Below are positions 1 through 26,794 of a DNA stretch of 35,057 nt, piece by piece (the first letter of the stretch is position 1; every line of letters begins with the position of its first letter). The notes under the pieces were generated by a model. That model did no database searches, was not told where the DNA came from, and saw only the letters and a program-made list of their open reading frames with translations. The stretch covers positions 372,001 through 407,057 of the forward strand of contig JBODTK010000153.1 in NCBI GenBank assembly GCA_050613775.1, written 5' to 3'. Origin of the DNA: Neocallimastix sp. 'constans'. Taxonomy: Eukaryota. A program made the position numbers and the translations under genes.

Positions 1-540
1 TTATAAAATAAGTATTGTTGAAGGTAAATTGTAATAAGTACAATATCAAAAAATATAAGTTATTGAAATTTTTGTTATTATTCTAAATTCATTTTTAAAG
101 CATATATTAAAATGCTTTATTGAATTATATAATGAATAAAATATTTATATTACTATTAAAATTATTATATTTGCTTCTGATGGATGAGAGTTATATTTAT
201 ATAATATTTTTTTAATTATATATATTTTTATTTTTTTAAAAATATTTATATTACTATTAAAAAACCAAAAAAAAAAAAAAAAAAAACGTTTAAAATATAT
301 TTAATTAAAATTTAAAGATTTATTTGACCAATTATTAAATTTCTATATTATTTAAATATGTAATTTAATTTATTCAAAAATTCATAAAATCTTAAGATAT
401 AGAAAAAGCATAATTTTTAAATATATATATATATATATATTTTTTTATTTTAATAAATTTTATACTTACTCATATTTAAATATAGTTTTATCATAATAAA
501 AGGAAGAATTATAAATTTTTATAATTTGAAAATTTTAAAA

Positions 541-2802
<2,262 letters not shown>

Positions 2803-3366
2803 TCTATATACTATAAAATTACTTTATTATTATTAATATTATTATTTTTATTTTTATATTATTTTTTTTTATTAAAATATCATTTTATTTATTATCATAA
2901 ATCTTCATTTTTCATTTTTATTTTTTTTTTAATATTTTAAATTTCTATGCAGCTTTTTATTTTTATTTTTATTTTTTTTCTTTTTTATTTTTATTTGAAT
3001 TTATATAATTTAAATAAATGTTTGATTAATATTATTTTAAATTTTATACAAGATTAATAATATACATAATACTAATACTAATACTAATAATAATTAATAA
3101 TTAATTAAATAACAACAACAATAATAATAATAAAACAAAATAAAATATTAATAATAAAAACAAAAAACAAAAAACAAAAAACAAAAAACAAAAACAAAAA
3201 AAAAATTAAAAAACTATTTTTAATAATAAAATATATTATTTATATTCAAGAAAATTAATAAATAAATCTATTTTTACAATGGTATATTGATTAATATATA
3301 TTTAAATATACATTTATAATTCTTAAAGTTAATAGATTCCTTTATATAAATAAAATTTATATTGCT

Positions 3367-3734
3367 TTAGTTAATTAATTGTTGTTGTTGTTGTTGTGGT
3401 AGAGGATTATTTATAATATTTAAATTAGGATTATTTTCATATTCATCTATATTTTTAATATAATAAAAATTTATAGTTAGATATATATATTTTTTATTTT
3501 TAAAATGTAGTAATAAATAAATAATTTAATTTAATTAATTATTATTATTATTCTTTTTTTTTAAAAGTTTATGATCTTAACCTTTTTTAACTTGTGCTTT
3601 AAAAGTAATAATTTTTTTGATAGCTCCTTTTTGTTTTAATCTTTTTCGTTCTTTTTTGTTTTTCATAAGTATTGTCTTACTTTTAACTGTATGTTTATTT
3701 GATAATCCACCAATTTCTCTTAATATATTAATTT

Positions 3735-3786
<52 letters not shown>

Positions 3787-5508
3787 AAACATTTAATAAA
3801 TAATTATTTATATTTTTATATATTATTTTATTTTTAATTTTATATAATTATTTTTTTATTATATTCAAATAATTATTAACCTTATTATATCATTGTTTGC
3901 TTTTAATAATGGTCCATGTTCTTCTCTAATCGTTTGTGAGGCCTCATGGCTTTCTTTTATTAAATTATTTATTCTTTTCTTTAATACAGACATATGACTA
4001 TAATGTTCACTGGTTACTTCTGGACTGATATCATTATAAGATTTATCTTTATCGCTTGGTTTACAGTATGACCTGTATAAAATTTGCACTGCTTTCTATA
4101 TATATATATATGTATTTTTTTTTTTTTTTTTTTTATTATTTTTATTTTTATTTTTTATATATATATATATATATATATAATTTTTTTTTCGATTATTAAC
4201 TACAATTTATTTTTTATTTATTAAATATTAATAATAATTTTAAATAATTGATACCTTAAATATATCGGGCTCTTGTATATGTAATATTACATTACTTAAA
4301 TCTGATACCATTCTTCCAAAATATACATGTAGATCACTATATTGTTTATGTTTTTTGTTATATATTTCTTTTTGAGTTTCTATATCTTTTTTCATTTTTT
4401 CAATTGTACTTTCCAATTTTTTTTTCTCTTCATTTATAAGGAATAAGTCATTATTTTTTTTCTTATTATATATAAAAATTGTTTTGTTGTTTAATTATGT
4501 ACATATACAAATATATATAAATATTGATAAAGAAAAATTTTATTATTTAATTATTGAATGATATAATATACAATTAGTAAAAATTTACATACAGCTATAT
4601 TTTTCTTCAGTTGTTCCATTTTTATTTCTCTTGGTTCAACTTCTTGTCTTAACTGATTAATATTATAATTTAATACAAATTTTTCTTTTTCTAGTTCTTG
4701 ATTTTTTCTTTTAATCACAAAAACTTTTTTTTCAACATCACGCATTAAGTAATTTCTGTCTACCATCTTATATATATATAATGAATAAAAACATAATAAT
4801 AAGTACATATATTTATAATTATTTAAGTATAGTAATATTAATGGTAAGATAGGATTTACATCTTTTTTTAATAGTAGTAATTCTTTTTCATATATTTCTA
4901 TTTCAGAATTTAAACTCTCTATTGATTTATTAAGTTTTGTAATATCTTTCTTACTATCTTCAATTTCTTTATTTAAACTTATGAATTTTTTCTTCATAAT
5001 TCCATTTTCTCCTTTTAATTTAAATCCTTTGTCTATAATATCTTTTAATTCCATTTGATATTTTTTATTTAGTGCTACTATTTCGGTATCAATATCTTCC
5101 TCAGTCATTTTTCTAAATTCGTTACATTCTATTTCATTATTTCGAAGTTGATTTTTTAGCTAATATATATATAAATTAATATTTTATATAAAATGTATTT
5201 TAATATTTAATATATAATTATTTAAATAAAATATTTAATATAAATAATTACTTTAAGAATTTCTTCTGATTTTTTAGACATTTTTATTTCTAATGATTGA
5301 GTGTATTTCAATAATACTTCTTCTTCATCTTTTTTAGCATTTATAATTTTTTCTCCCCAATATTCTTCTAATTCAACACTTTTTTTTTTTAATTTATTAT
5401 ATTTATCATATTGTTTTATTAATTGTTTAGTAAATTTTGCTTCTAATTCCTATAATATATGATGTTTATAAATTTCATTTAATTATAACATTTTATTACT
5501 CAAAATGA

Positions 5509-5555
<47 letters not shown>

Positions 5556-8500
5556 CTTTTAATATTTATAAAAATTACTTGTAGATTAGCATGATTCTTT
5601 TGTTTCATATTACACCATTGATCTTCTTGAAGAATTTCAGTTTTTTCTTTTTCACCTTTCATTTGAACAGTTGCATTTTTTAATTCTTCAATTGCTCTAT
5701 TATATTTTTCAACTGTTTCTTTTAAAGTATCATTGAAATTCATATCTTTTAATTTCATTTGATATTCATGCTCCATTTTTAATTCTTCAATACTTCTTGA
5801 TAGTTCTTCAATATCAATATTTTGTTCTTCCAAATCTGAACGTGTTATTAAAACCTATATATATATATATAAAATTTATTAATTATTTTTTATTTCATAT
5901 TTAAATATATAATTATATAATAATGTTATAAATAATATTAATAATCTAAATTTTAATTGTAAATAATATTTACTTCATTTGAGAACTGAACCTTGGATTG
6001 AATTCTTGGCCCATTTTCATCTTTATCAATTACATTATATACAAATATACATCCATCCTTTCCTGCACTTATTAAAAATTGAGAATCATAGGTTAATCCC
6101 AATGATGTAATTGAATCGGAATGTGCTGAATATCTATAAAATTCTGATGTATCACTAATTAAAGGATATCTTAACGGAATAATATCACCTTTATCTGTAC
6201 CTCCAAATAACATTCTTCCAGAATATGAAATTTGTATTTTTTGAAATGTAACTTTATAATCTAATTTTCTTGTTACTTGTGCTCCCATTACTTCCTATTT
6301 TTTTTATTCACATTCATATTCGTATTCGTATTAATATTCATATTTATATTCATATTCATATTCATATTTATATTTATATTTATATTCATATTCATGTTCA
6401 TATTGATATTATTATAATTATCAATTTTTTTTTTAATTTATTTTAAGTATTGAAATTTGTATTTTACTATTTCTTTAATTATATATATATATATTACCTG
6501 GAATAAGCAATTATTTCCAGATACCCAAACTACAGAACCATTACTATTGCATATTGCACTATTATATGAATTATCTTTACATACATATTCTGATATTCTT
6601 TTCATTTCCCTTACATCCCATACATATACTGCTCCATCAGAACCTGCTGAAACAAGAATATCATCATTCTGTGTCCAATATAATGAATTTATTTTTCCAT
6701 TATGTCCTTTGAGGATACCTAAACATTTATATGTCCATGTTGAAAATAACTGAATTGTTGTTCCATTTGTTGCTGCAAATATATGTCCACCAAAGCAAAA
6801 TTTACACTAATATATGTTTTTTTTATTTTTTATTTATTTATTAGTTATATAATATTAATTTTTATATAATATTATATATATATATATATATATATAAATG
6901 AAAACTTTTTACATAAAGTTAAAAATTATATATTAAGTGCAGAACTCCTTTTTATACCTCACTGCAATTTTTAATATAAAATTCTTTTATTGTTCTGATA
7001 TCATCAATTAAAATACTCATAAGTCTTAATTTATCTGAAAATCCAATGAGAATGAATAACCCGGATGGATGTAGCGCAACTGAATAAACATTTTCTTGAA
7101 AACACTTATCTAATTCACATTCTCCAGTAAAATAATTCCATAATTTTACGTATCTATCAACACCACATGAAGCTATAATAGGTTTTCTTGCACATGTATC
7201 TATGGATATTATAGGACCAACATGATATAATGGGGTTACTGGTATAAACTTATTATTCTTAAAAAATAACATAAGATAATATATATACATATATAATTAT
7301 ATAAGATTTTTAAAAAAAAGATTTTTTAATATAAGTTTAAATAAAAATGAATTAAATAAATTATATATACTTCAGAAGAACAAAGTTCAGTATTAAGTTT
7401 TAAAAATTGATTTTTATCCGTTAGAACAAATATAAATTCTTTATATTTTGATAATGCTAGTGCTTTTATTCTTGTATTTGGTGATGGAAGTGAGAAAGAT
7501 TGAATTAATTGACATATATTAGAAGATTCATTATTTTCTTCTGAAATGTACTGAATATTAGAAAATATACCATTACTACCAGACACATAAAATCCTGTTG
7601 AATTTGACTTAATTATATCAATTCTATCTTCATTATCTAAACCTAATAAATTGATTTCCGAGTTAGGTATTACATCATCTTCAGGATGATAATCTGGATC
7701 ATTCATTGTTTTACTATCGAGGTTAATAATATTTGCAGTGTGTTCATTTGATATACCTTTTTTTAATGTTTCATTAATATTAATTTCTTCATCTTTAAAA
7801 CTGCTATTTTCTAACTCACTTGGATTTAATTTTAATTCTTCTTTTAAGTTATTGTAATATATTATATGAATTATTGCTTTTTTATCATAAATTAAAATTC
7901 TTCCATAACTTGTTCCTGCTACAATTTTATCAGGTCCAACCCAATCATGACAACAATATACCTAATTTAATTAATATTATTTTAGCTTTTAAATCTCTTT
8001 TTTTTTAATTTAAATATATTTATATATCACAGAATGAAACGTATAAATATTTTTTTTTTAATTAAATATATAATAATTATTATTGTTATACCTCTCTTTG
8101 TGATAATTTTTTATAAGAATATACTTTTTTTAATTGATTACTATATTCATATATATTTATATGATGACCACCTAGGACAGAAAATACTTTATTTTTTGAA
8201 TTATCATAATAATAGTTGGGTATTACTTCTTTGACAATACCATTTTCTTCGGGACATGTATTATCAGTAGCTATAATTTTTGATAGTTTAAAAGAATAAT
8301 AAAATAATATCCAATCTGGTTTTCCTGTTTGAATTAATATAAAATCGTTTTCATCTGAAAATGAAGCATATACTATATCCTATTATATAGAGTTGAAGTA
8401 TTATATAAGTTAATAAGTAATAAAATAATCATCATTTAATTAAAATAATACAAAAAAATTACCAATTTTTGTTCTTTATCGGTTTTCATTTCATATGATA

Positions 8501-8994
8501 TTGTACTTCTTAAATTTAATACGTCAAATAAATGTAATAATATTTTTCCAGGCAAACTTTCTATTATAGCAATCAATGTTTTATCATAAGTTTGGACAAC
8601 ATAATCAATTTGTCCTTCATCACATATCGGGAAAAATCTTTGAACTTTATATTCCACATTATATGCTATTATGTATGAACATTTAATATTAACAAATTTA
8701 TTTTAATTATAATAAAATTTAAATTTAAATCTTTTGTAATAATAAGTATATACATACCAACTATATGTTTTCCCGAACTAAACATCACCATTCCTTCATC
8801 AATGAAAAACACATTATTCTCGATATTACCATTAATACCGAATACATGACTTTTTAAAATTTAATAATTAATTATCATTTAAATAAATATTTTTATTAAT
8901 TATTCAATATATATTTATATATTAATATTCATTTAACGGATATATAATAGTAAAATATTATTACATACTTATATGATATTGCCACTAAGGACAT
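3367..8994 (-). CDS. CFAP57: Cilia/flagella-associated protein 57 (WDR65): WD40 N-terminus plus coiled-coil C-terminus, about 16 exons
   Basis: Spliced translation gives MSLVAISYNHVFGINGNIENNVFFID..., HVGPIISIDTCARKPIIASCGVDRYVKLWNY, SVALHPSGLFILIGFSDKLRLM, LKGHNGKINSLYW, EVLITRSDLEE, LKGENGIMKKKF, KNQELEKEKFVL, all characteristic CFAP57 blocks. The C-terminal exon boundaries are less certain. Confidence 0.93.
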
Positions 8995-9168
8995 TATGAT
9001 TTATATTTGATAATAATATTAATATTATTTTGTTTACTTTTTCTTTTTTATTTTATTATATTTTATTTTTATTTTTATTTTTATTTTTTTTTTTTCATAT
9101 ATATATTATATATTTATATTATATATTAGTTCAAATTAAAAGTGTTAATTTTTAATTAAATATTTTTA

Positions 9169-9180
9169 ACGCGTAGCAAA
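9169..9180. promoter_or_regulatory. Candidate cis-element ACGCGT(AGCAAA): MluI/MCB-like core overlapping an X-box-like half site
   Basis: Isolated CpG-containing palindrome ACGCGT (9169-9174) in almost pure A/T sequence, about 175 bp upstream of the CFAP57 ATG. Function is inferred only. Confidence 0.25.
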
Positions 9181-9758
9181 TAATTTTATAATTTTTATTA
9201 TTTATTTAATTTTAAATAAAATAAAAATATGTAAAAAATTATAAAATAAATTTTAGAAGCTTAATTACTTAAATATGTTTACTTTTTATTATAAAATATA
9301 TTAACAAATATACTCCAATTAATTATTTATTAATATTATAAATATATTAGAAATAAAAAAGTATTAATATATATATATAATCAATAATATGATATTTACA
9401 TAAAAATATGTAAATTTATATATTAATATAAATTAAAATAGATAAATAAATAAATTTATAAATAAAAAATATATATTATTGAAAATTTTTGTTTTGTTTT
9501 ATTTTGATTTTTCTTTGTATTCTTTTTTTTTTTTTTTTTTTTAAACTTTTTTATGTTTACTTTTTATAATTCTTATGATTTTTTATAAAGTTTTTAAAAT
9601 TAATTGGAATATGCTTAATTTTTAATAATTTTTTTAAAAAAAATATATAGATTTTTTTTAATAATAAATAGTTTATAAATATTAATATTTATTATAATTA
9701 TAAATTTAAAGTCTATATATATATATTTTAATTTATTAGAATTATTTGATCCATATTA

Positions 9759-15436
<5,678 letters not shown>

Positions 15437-15998
15437 TGTACTTTGATAATTATAGTAAGAATAATGATATTTTTTTTTTAAAAATATTTATATAAATATT
15501 ATTTTTATAATAATAACTTAAAATATATATTTTTTATTTTATTTATATTGTTATTATTATTTTAAATGGAATATATTACTATATTTTTATCAAAAGAAAT
15601 GAATAAAAGAAATAATTAATATAAATAAAATATACATATATATATGTTGATGTAACAAAAATAAAATATGATATGAGATAAATAATTATAATTAAATAAA
15701 TATATTTAAAAATCTTCAGATTTTCTTTTCTTTAATAATTTAATAATAGAAATTTTGTATAGTATTTTTGTATTATTAATGAATCATGAAAATAATTGAA
15801 TGAAATTAATAGTGCAATTGAGTCTAAATATTTACATAAAAAAAAATATAAAATGATAAAAAAATTATATATGATTTAAAATAATGAAAATTTATTTTTA
15901 TTTCAATTTTTATTTTTTATGAAATAATTAAAATAAATTAATTTAATAAAAAATAAAAAGTGTTATAAATAATAATCAAGTTTTATAAATAGTAACAA

Positions 15999-16379
<381 letters not shown>

Positions 16380-17647
16380 TTAATGAGAAAAAAAAAATAA
16401 AAAAATAAATTTTTATAAAATAATGATATAACTAATTGTTCTAATATTTAATATTTATGTTTAATTAAAGAAATATTATAGGTTTGCTATATAAAAATAC
16501 ATGGTATATTTATGATTTATATATATATTTTTTCCGAATTATTTAAAATTTTTAAAAAATTTAGTTAAGAATTATTTTCAAATCTTAGAATAATTAATTA
16601 AATATATAATTAAGATATGAGCATTATAAAGATTATTGCTTAATCATGAAATAATAAACTAAATAAATAAGAATAAATGAATAAAAATGAATAAATATTA
16701 TAGAATTATTTTCATTATTATATTTATTTATATACATAATCATTAAAATTTGATAATTTGTTATTCATATTATATATATTTATAAAAAAATTTTATATTT
16801 TTAAAAGTTTTAAATATTAACAACTTTTATAATATTTTATTTTTTATTTTTTTTTATTTTTAAAAATTTGTTGTAGTGCTATATATTATCCTAAGAATTC
16901 CTGCCTAAATTTTCCTATTGGATATGAATTATTATTACTATACATGAAAAAATTATATGAAATAAAATTACAAAGTTAAAAAATCGAAATGTAAATTCTT
17001 ACAATAATTGAATTAAATCAATTATAAAATATATAAAATTAAATGTAAATAATAATAAAAAGAAAATATTTAAATAATAATAAATATTAAAGTTGAATTT
17101 AATAATACAAACTTTGTCATAATTATTTTAATATCAATTAAAATATATATATATTAAATGTTTATAAAAATAAGTATATTTATTATATTAAAGTTATTGA
17201 AATATATAGAATAATTATGCTTTTTTTTTTGTTTTTGCAGTTTAAATAATTCATTGAAGTATTGAAATTATATGAAGATATTATAATATGAACATAGGAA
17301 ATTAAGAAATTTGAAAAACTTTTATTAGAAAACCTACATTAATATATATATATATATTTTTTTTTTTTTCTAAATAAGACATAAAAAATTTTTATAAAAA
17401 ATTTTTTTTTTAATATATTTTTTATTTTTTTTTTTTTCTAAATAAGACATAAAATTTATATAAAGTATATTTTTTTTCAAGAAGTAAATGTTATTAATTC
17501 AAAAATTTAAACATATATATAATTAAATATCTTTTGATTTAATTATATATATTTAGTATTTTCATAATTGAAATTTAATATTGTTTAATGATAAAAAATA
17601 ATAATAAATAAATACTAATAACGCATTAAGAAATAATAATAATAATA

Positions 17648-17707
<60 letters not shown>

Positions 17708-17717
17708 ATTATTATTA

Positions 17718-17748
<31 letters not shown>

Positions 17749-18600
17749 TTAGTACATAATTATTAATATTTATTATTATTATTAGAGATATTATAAATGT
17801 TTACATATATTTTATATAAAATAATATACAATATATATAAATATTAAATATTAGAATATCATTTATTATTATATATAAAAAAATATTAATATAATTAATC
17901 AGTTAATCTTGCAGTTTTAAATAAACAATTTTAATATTTAGCTATGTACACTTTTTATCATATATTAAATATTCTTTTCTTTTATAAACTCTTTTTTTTT
18001 TTTTTTTTTTTTCTTTCTTTCTATATTTTGTTAATCTTTAAAAATTATATTGTTCATTAAAATAATATATTTATTATAAAAATAAAAATAATAATTTTAT
18101 TTAAATTATATATAATTTAAACATAAATTCTTTAATAAATTAAATATTTAAATCAAATGTATTTTTAAATATTATAAATATTATTGTTAAAAGTTTTAAA
18201 ATTAAAACTTTTTTTTTTTTTTTTTTTTTTTTTAAATATATATATATTGAATAAAATATATATTAATTCATAAGAAAATAAATAAATAAAAATATAAAAT
18301 CTTTTTATTTTATTTCATTTTATTTTTTTACTTTTTATCATAATATTAGAACTTCAAAAAATTAATAATTATATTAATAATTATATTAATTTTATTTTCT
18401 CTATCAGTATAATTATATAATATATTTGTTATATGATTCAATTTGTCAAATCAAATATTTATTGTTAGTAATTATAATAATATTTGAATTTAAAAAAATC
18501 AAATTTCAATTTAAGGAAAATTAATTTTCAGAACTCTTTTATTGTTATTTTTCTTTTATTCGTAAAGTTTTAATATTTTTATTTATAGAATTTATTCAAA

Positions 18601-20481
18601 ATGAATGTATGTATTTTTTTTTAAAAAATTTATTTTATATTAATTTTGTTTATAAAATTATATTTTTTTATTGATTTAAATTTATTAACATATGTTGAAT
18701 ATTTTATTATTTATATAAAATGTTAATTTAACATATTTATCAATCTAAAGAGTTTTAAAGCTTTAATGCAAAAAGCTGAAGAAAATCAAAATCATTATGA
18801 GAAAAAACATTTAAATAATATTAATAGACAATTAGAACAAGACGAAAGAAGAAGAAAAATTGAAAATGAGAAAATAAAAAAAAAAGAAGAAGCATTTAGT
18901 AATTTTAAAAAAATTGCAAAATCATTACCTAATGATTGTAAATTTATAGTTTATTTATTTTTTTTATTATTAATAATTAATATAATTATTTTATTTTATA
19001 ATTAAAATAAAAAATAAAAAAAATAAAAATAAAAATAAAAATAAAAGATAAAAAATAAAAGATTAAAATATTTTTACATAATGTTATAATTATTAAATAT
19101 AAATAAAGTACAAAAAAGTAGAGATAGAAGAGAAAGAAGTAATTCAGTATCAAGAAGTTCAAGGGATGAATCATCCATTAGTAAAAAAAATTCTATATAT
19201 AATTTAAAGATTAAAAAAGCAGATTCTAACAATCATAGTAATGATATTCATAAAAATAATCATGAACGACAAAAAAAGTTAAGTAGTTCCTCATTATCAC
19301 AATCTAAAAAACATTTCAGTTTTAAAGATTTAATGGAAATAGCTAAACATAATGATGTTTCAAAACCAGTAATTAATAATTCTAGTGCTGATTTTAGAGA
19401 AGCAAAGAAAGCATTGAAAAATTTATCAGGAAGAAAAAAATATAAAGATGATTTTGATGATGATAGTGATGATGGTAATAGACAAATTTCAAAAAAGAAA
19501 TTTTCAAAAAAAGAAATTCGTGAAAAACCAGAAATAAAAAAATCAAAAAAAGAATTATTAAATGAGCAAATGGAAAAAAGAAAAAAAGAAAGAGAAATGA
19601 ATAGAAAAGCTTATGATGGTAGTAAAGATAGGGTTGCTCAAGAAAGAATGAAATTATTAAAGTCACGAGGTATTCATACTCCAGTTACAAGTAAAATTTC
19701 TCAAGATGTCACTGAAATGGTTAAAAGAATGGAAAAAATAAATAATAATAATAATAATAATAGTAATAATAATAATAATAATAGTAAATCTCAGTCAAAA
19801 GAATCTATACGTAGATCATCATTAGAATTAAATGAGTCAAGGTCAAAAAGTAACAGTAAATATAACAATTATGATAAGTATGATGATGAGAGTGATGACT
19901 ATGATTCAGAATATGAATATAAAAGACGAAGTAAGCTTTCTAATGGTAATAATTATTATTTAATTTAAAATATTATATTACAATAAATGTTATATTGTAA
20001 TAATTTTTATTATAATACATGAATAATAGGAAATTCGAAAAGAGTTAAAAAAGTTAAAGGAATGTATGAAGATTATGAAGTGTATGATGAAGCTTATGTT
20101 AATAACAATGTATCATCAATTATTGGGAATATTTTTGGTTATAATAGAAATAGGTATAAATATAAAATTTAATATATATATAATTTTATAATAATACTTG
20201 CAAGAGTATTTATTAATATTAATTATTATTATTATTACTCCTCCTATTATAATTTATTAATTGTTAAATTTATTATTATATATATATTATCAATAAAAAG
20301 ATATAGAGATGAGGATGATATTGATGATATGGAAGTTGGTTATTCCGATGTTAAGAGGGAAGAAGCAAGAAGGTAGGAATGACTAATTTAATTATTATTA
20401 TTATTATATTTTTAGAAAAAATAATTAATTAAAAATACAACAACGTTTTATTAATGAGTTATGAAATAATTTTAAATAATT

Positions 20482-20512
<31 letters not shown>

Positions 20513-20513
20513 C

Positions 20514-20546
<33 letters not shown>

Positions 20547-20643
20547 CATTAGTTTAAGAATTGCAAAGAAGGAAGATGAAGAAGAAGAAGAACTGGAAAG
20601 ACAAAGATTAGAACGTGCAAAAAGAAGAAAAAGAAGAGATTAA
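18601..20643 (+). CDS. SPT2: SPT2 chromatin protein / histone chaperone, 6 exons (18601-18606, 18751-18937, 19109-19945, 20030-20153, 20301-20372, 20553-20643)
   Basis: N-terminal MNSFKALMQKA, internal SFKDLMEIA, and the C-terminal SPT2 domain VSSIIGNIFGYNRNRYRDEDDIDDMEVGYSDVKREEARSLRIAKKEDEEEE. All joins are GT-AG and in frame. Confidence 0.9.
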
Positions 20644-21124
20644 TTTAAAAATAATACTAAATTCTAATATATATATATAAAGATAAATTTTGTTAAAAAA
20701 AAAAAAAAAAAAAAAAAAGAAAAACTTTTTAAAATAAAAATTATAATTATTGTGGTTCTAGTAATTTTATTTAATTTATTTTATTTTTACTTTATTTTTA
20801 TTTTTTATATTAAAATAATCACTTTAACAAATTTCATTTTTTTTTATTAAATTATTTATTAATAAACATTTATTATTTTATTTTACTATACATTTTTTTT
20901 AACATTTTTAACTTTATTGTTACTATTAAATTATTTTTCATTATTAATATTATTTTTTGAATATAAAAAAAAAAATAAACAAATAAAATTAATTAAAATA
21001 AAGACAAGAGAGAAGAAAAAAGATTGTATTTATTTTATTTTGAAAATACATCAGTGAAATTTTATAATAATTAGATAATAATTTTTAAAAATCATAAAAA
21101 TATACCAATAATTCATAATACACT

Positions 21125-21155
<31 letters not shown>

Positions 21156-21395
21156 CATCTTATTTTATTTTATAAACTTCTTTTATAATAAAAATATTTA
21201 AACATAGATAAAACGATTAATAAAAAAAAAAAATTTTTTTTTTTTAATATGTATATATACCATAAAAATGAATAAATAAATAGATAGCAAATAAATAAAT
21301 TAATAAATAATAATAAAAAAATAACAGAACAATTCATATATTGAATTTGTTAATAAAATATTTTTCTTCTTCAATTTCTTTTATTATTTAATTTT

Positions 21396-21449
<54 letters not shown>

Positions 21450-21466
21450 AATGCTAATATATATTA

Positions 21467-26317
<4,851 letters not shown>

Positions 26318-26763
26318 TATATATTATATAAAAATTATATATTTTTATATTTTATATTTTCAATTTTTAAATATTATTTATTTTTTTATTTTTTATTTTT
26401 TTTGTTATAGTTTTTTTTTTTTTATTTTATTTTTATTTTTATTTTTTAAATTGATTTATTATATATTGAATTATAATAAAACAATTTTTTTGTAATTTGA
26501 ATTTATTAAACTATTATAATATATTAATTGATTTTATATATTAGCAGCATTTTCCTTTCAATTACTAAGTAATCTATCTATATTATTAATATGTAAATTT
26601 TAATTATTAAAAATTTTTAATTTCATTATTTTCTTTTTATATATTATTATCATTGATATATATAAATAATTAATAAAGTTATATATATATAATTTTAATA
26701 TTTATTTTCTAAATAAAATTTATAATTCATTTTTTCAAATAATAAAATCATATCAACATATTA

Positions 26764-26794
<31 letters not shown>

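Noticed and set aside
6457..6753. Antisense and alternative-frame ORFs (also 10345, 10643, 12089, 12119, 14609, 15027, 19394, 23398, 25274)
   Set aside because: They are shadows of real exons on the opposite strand or in another frame, with no independent coding signal.
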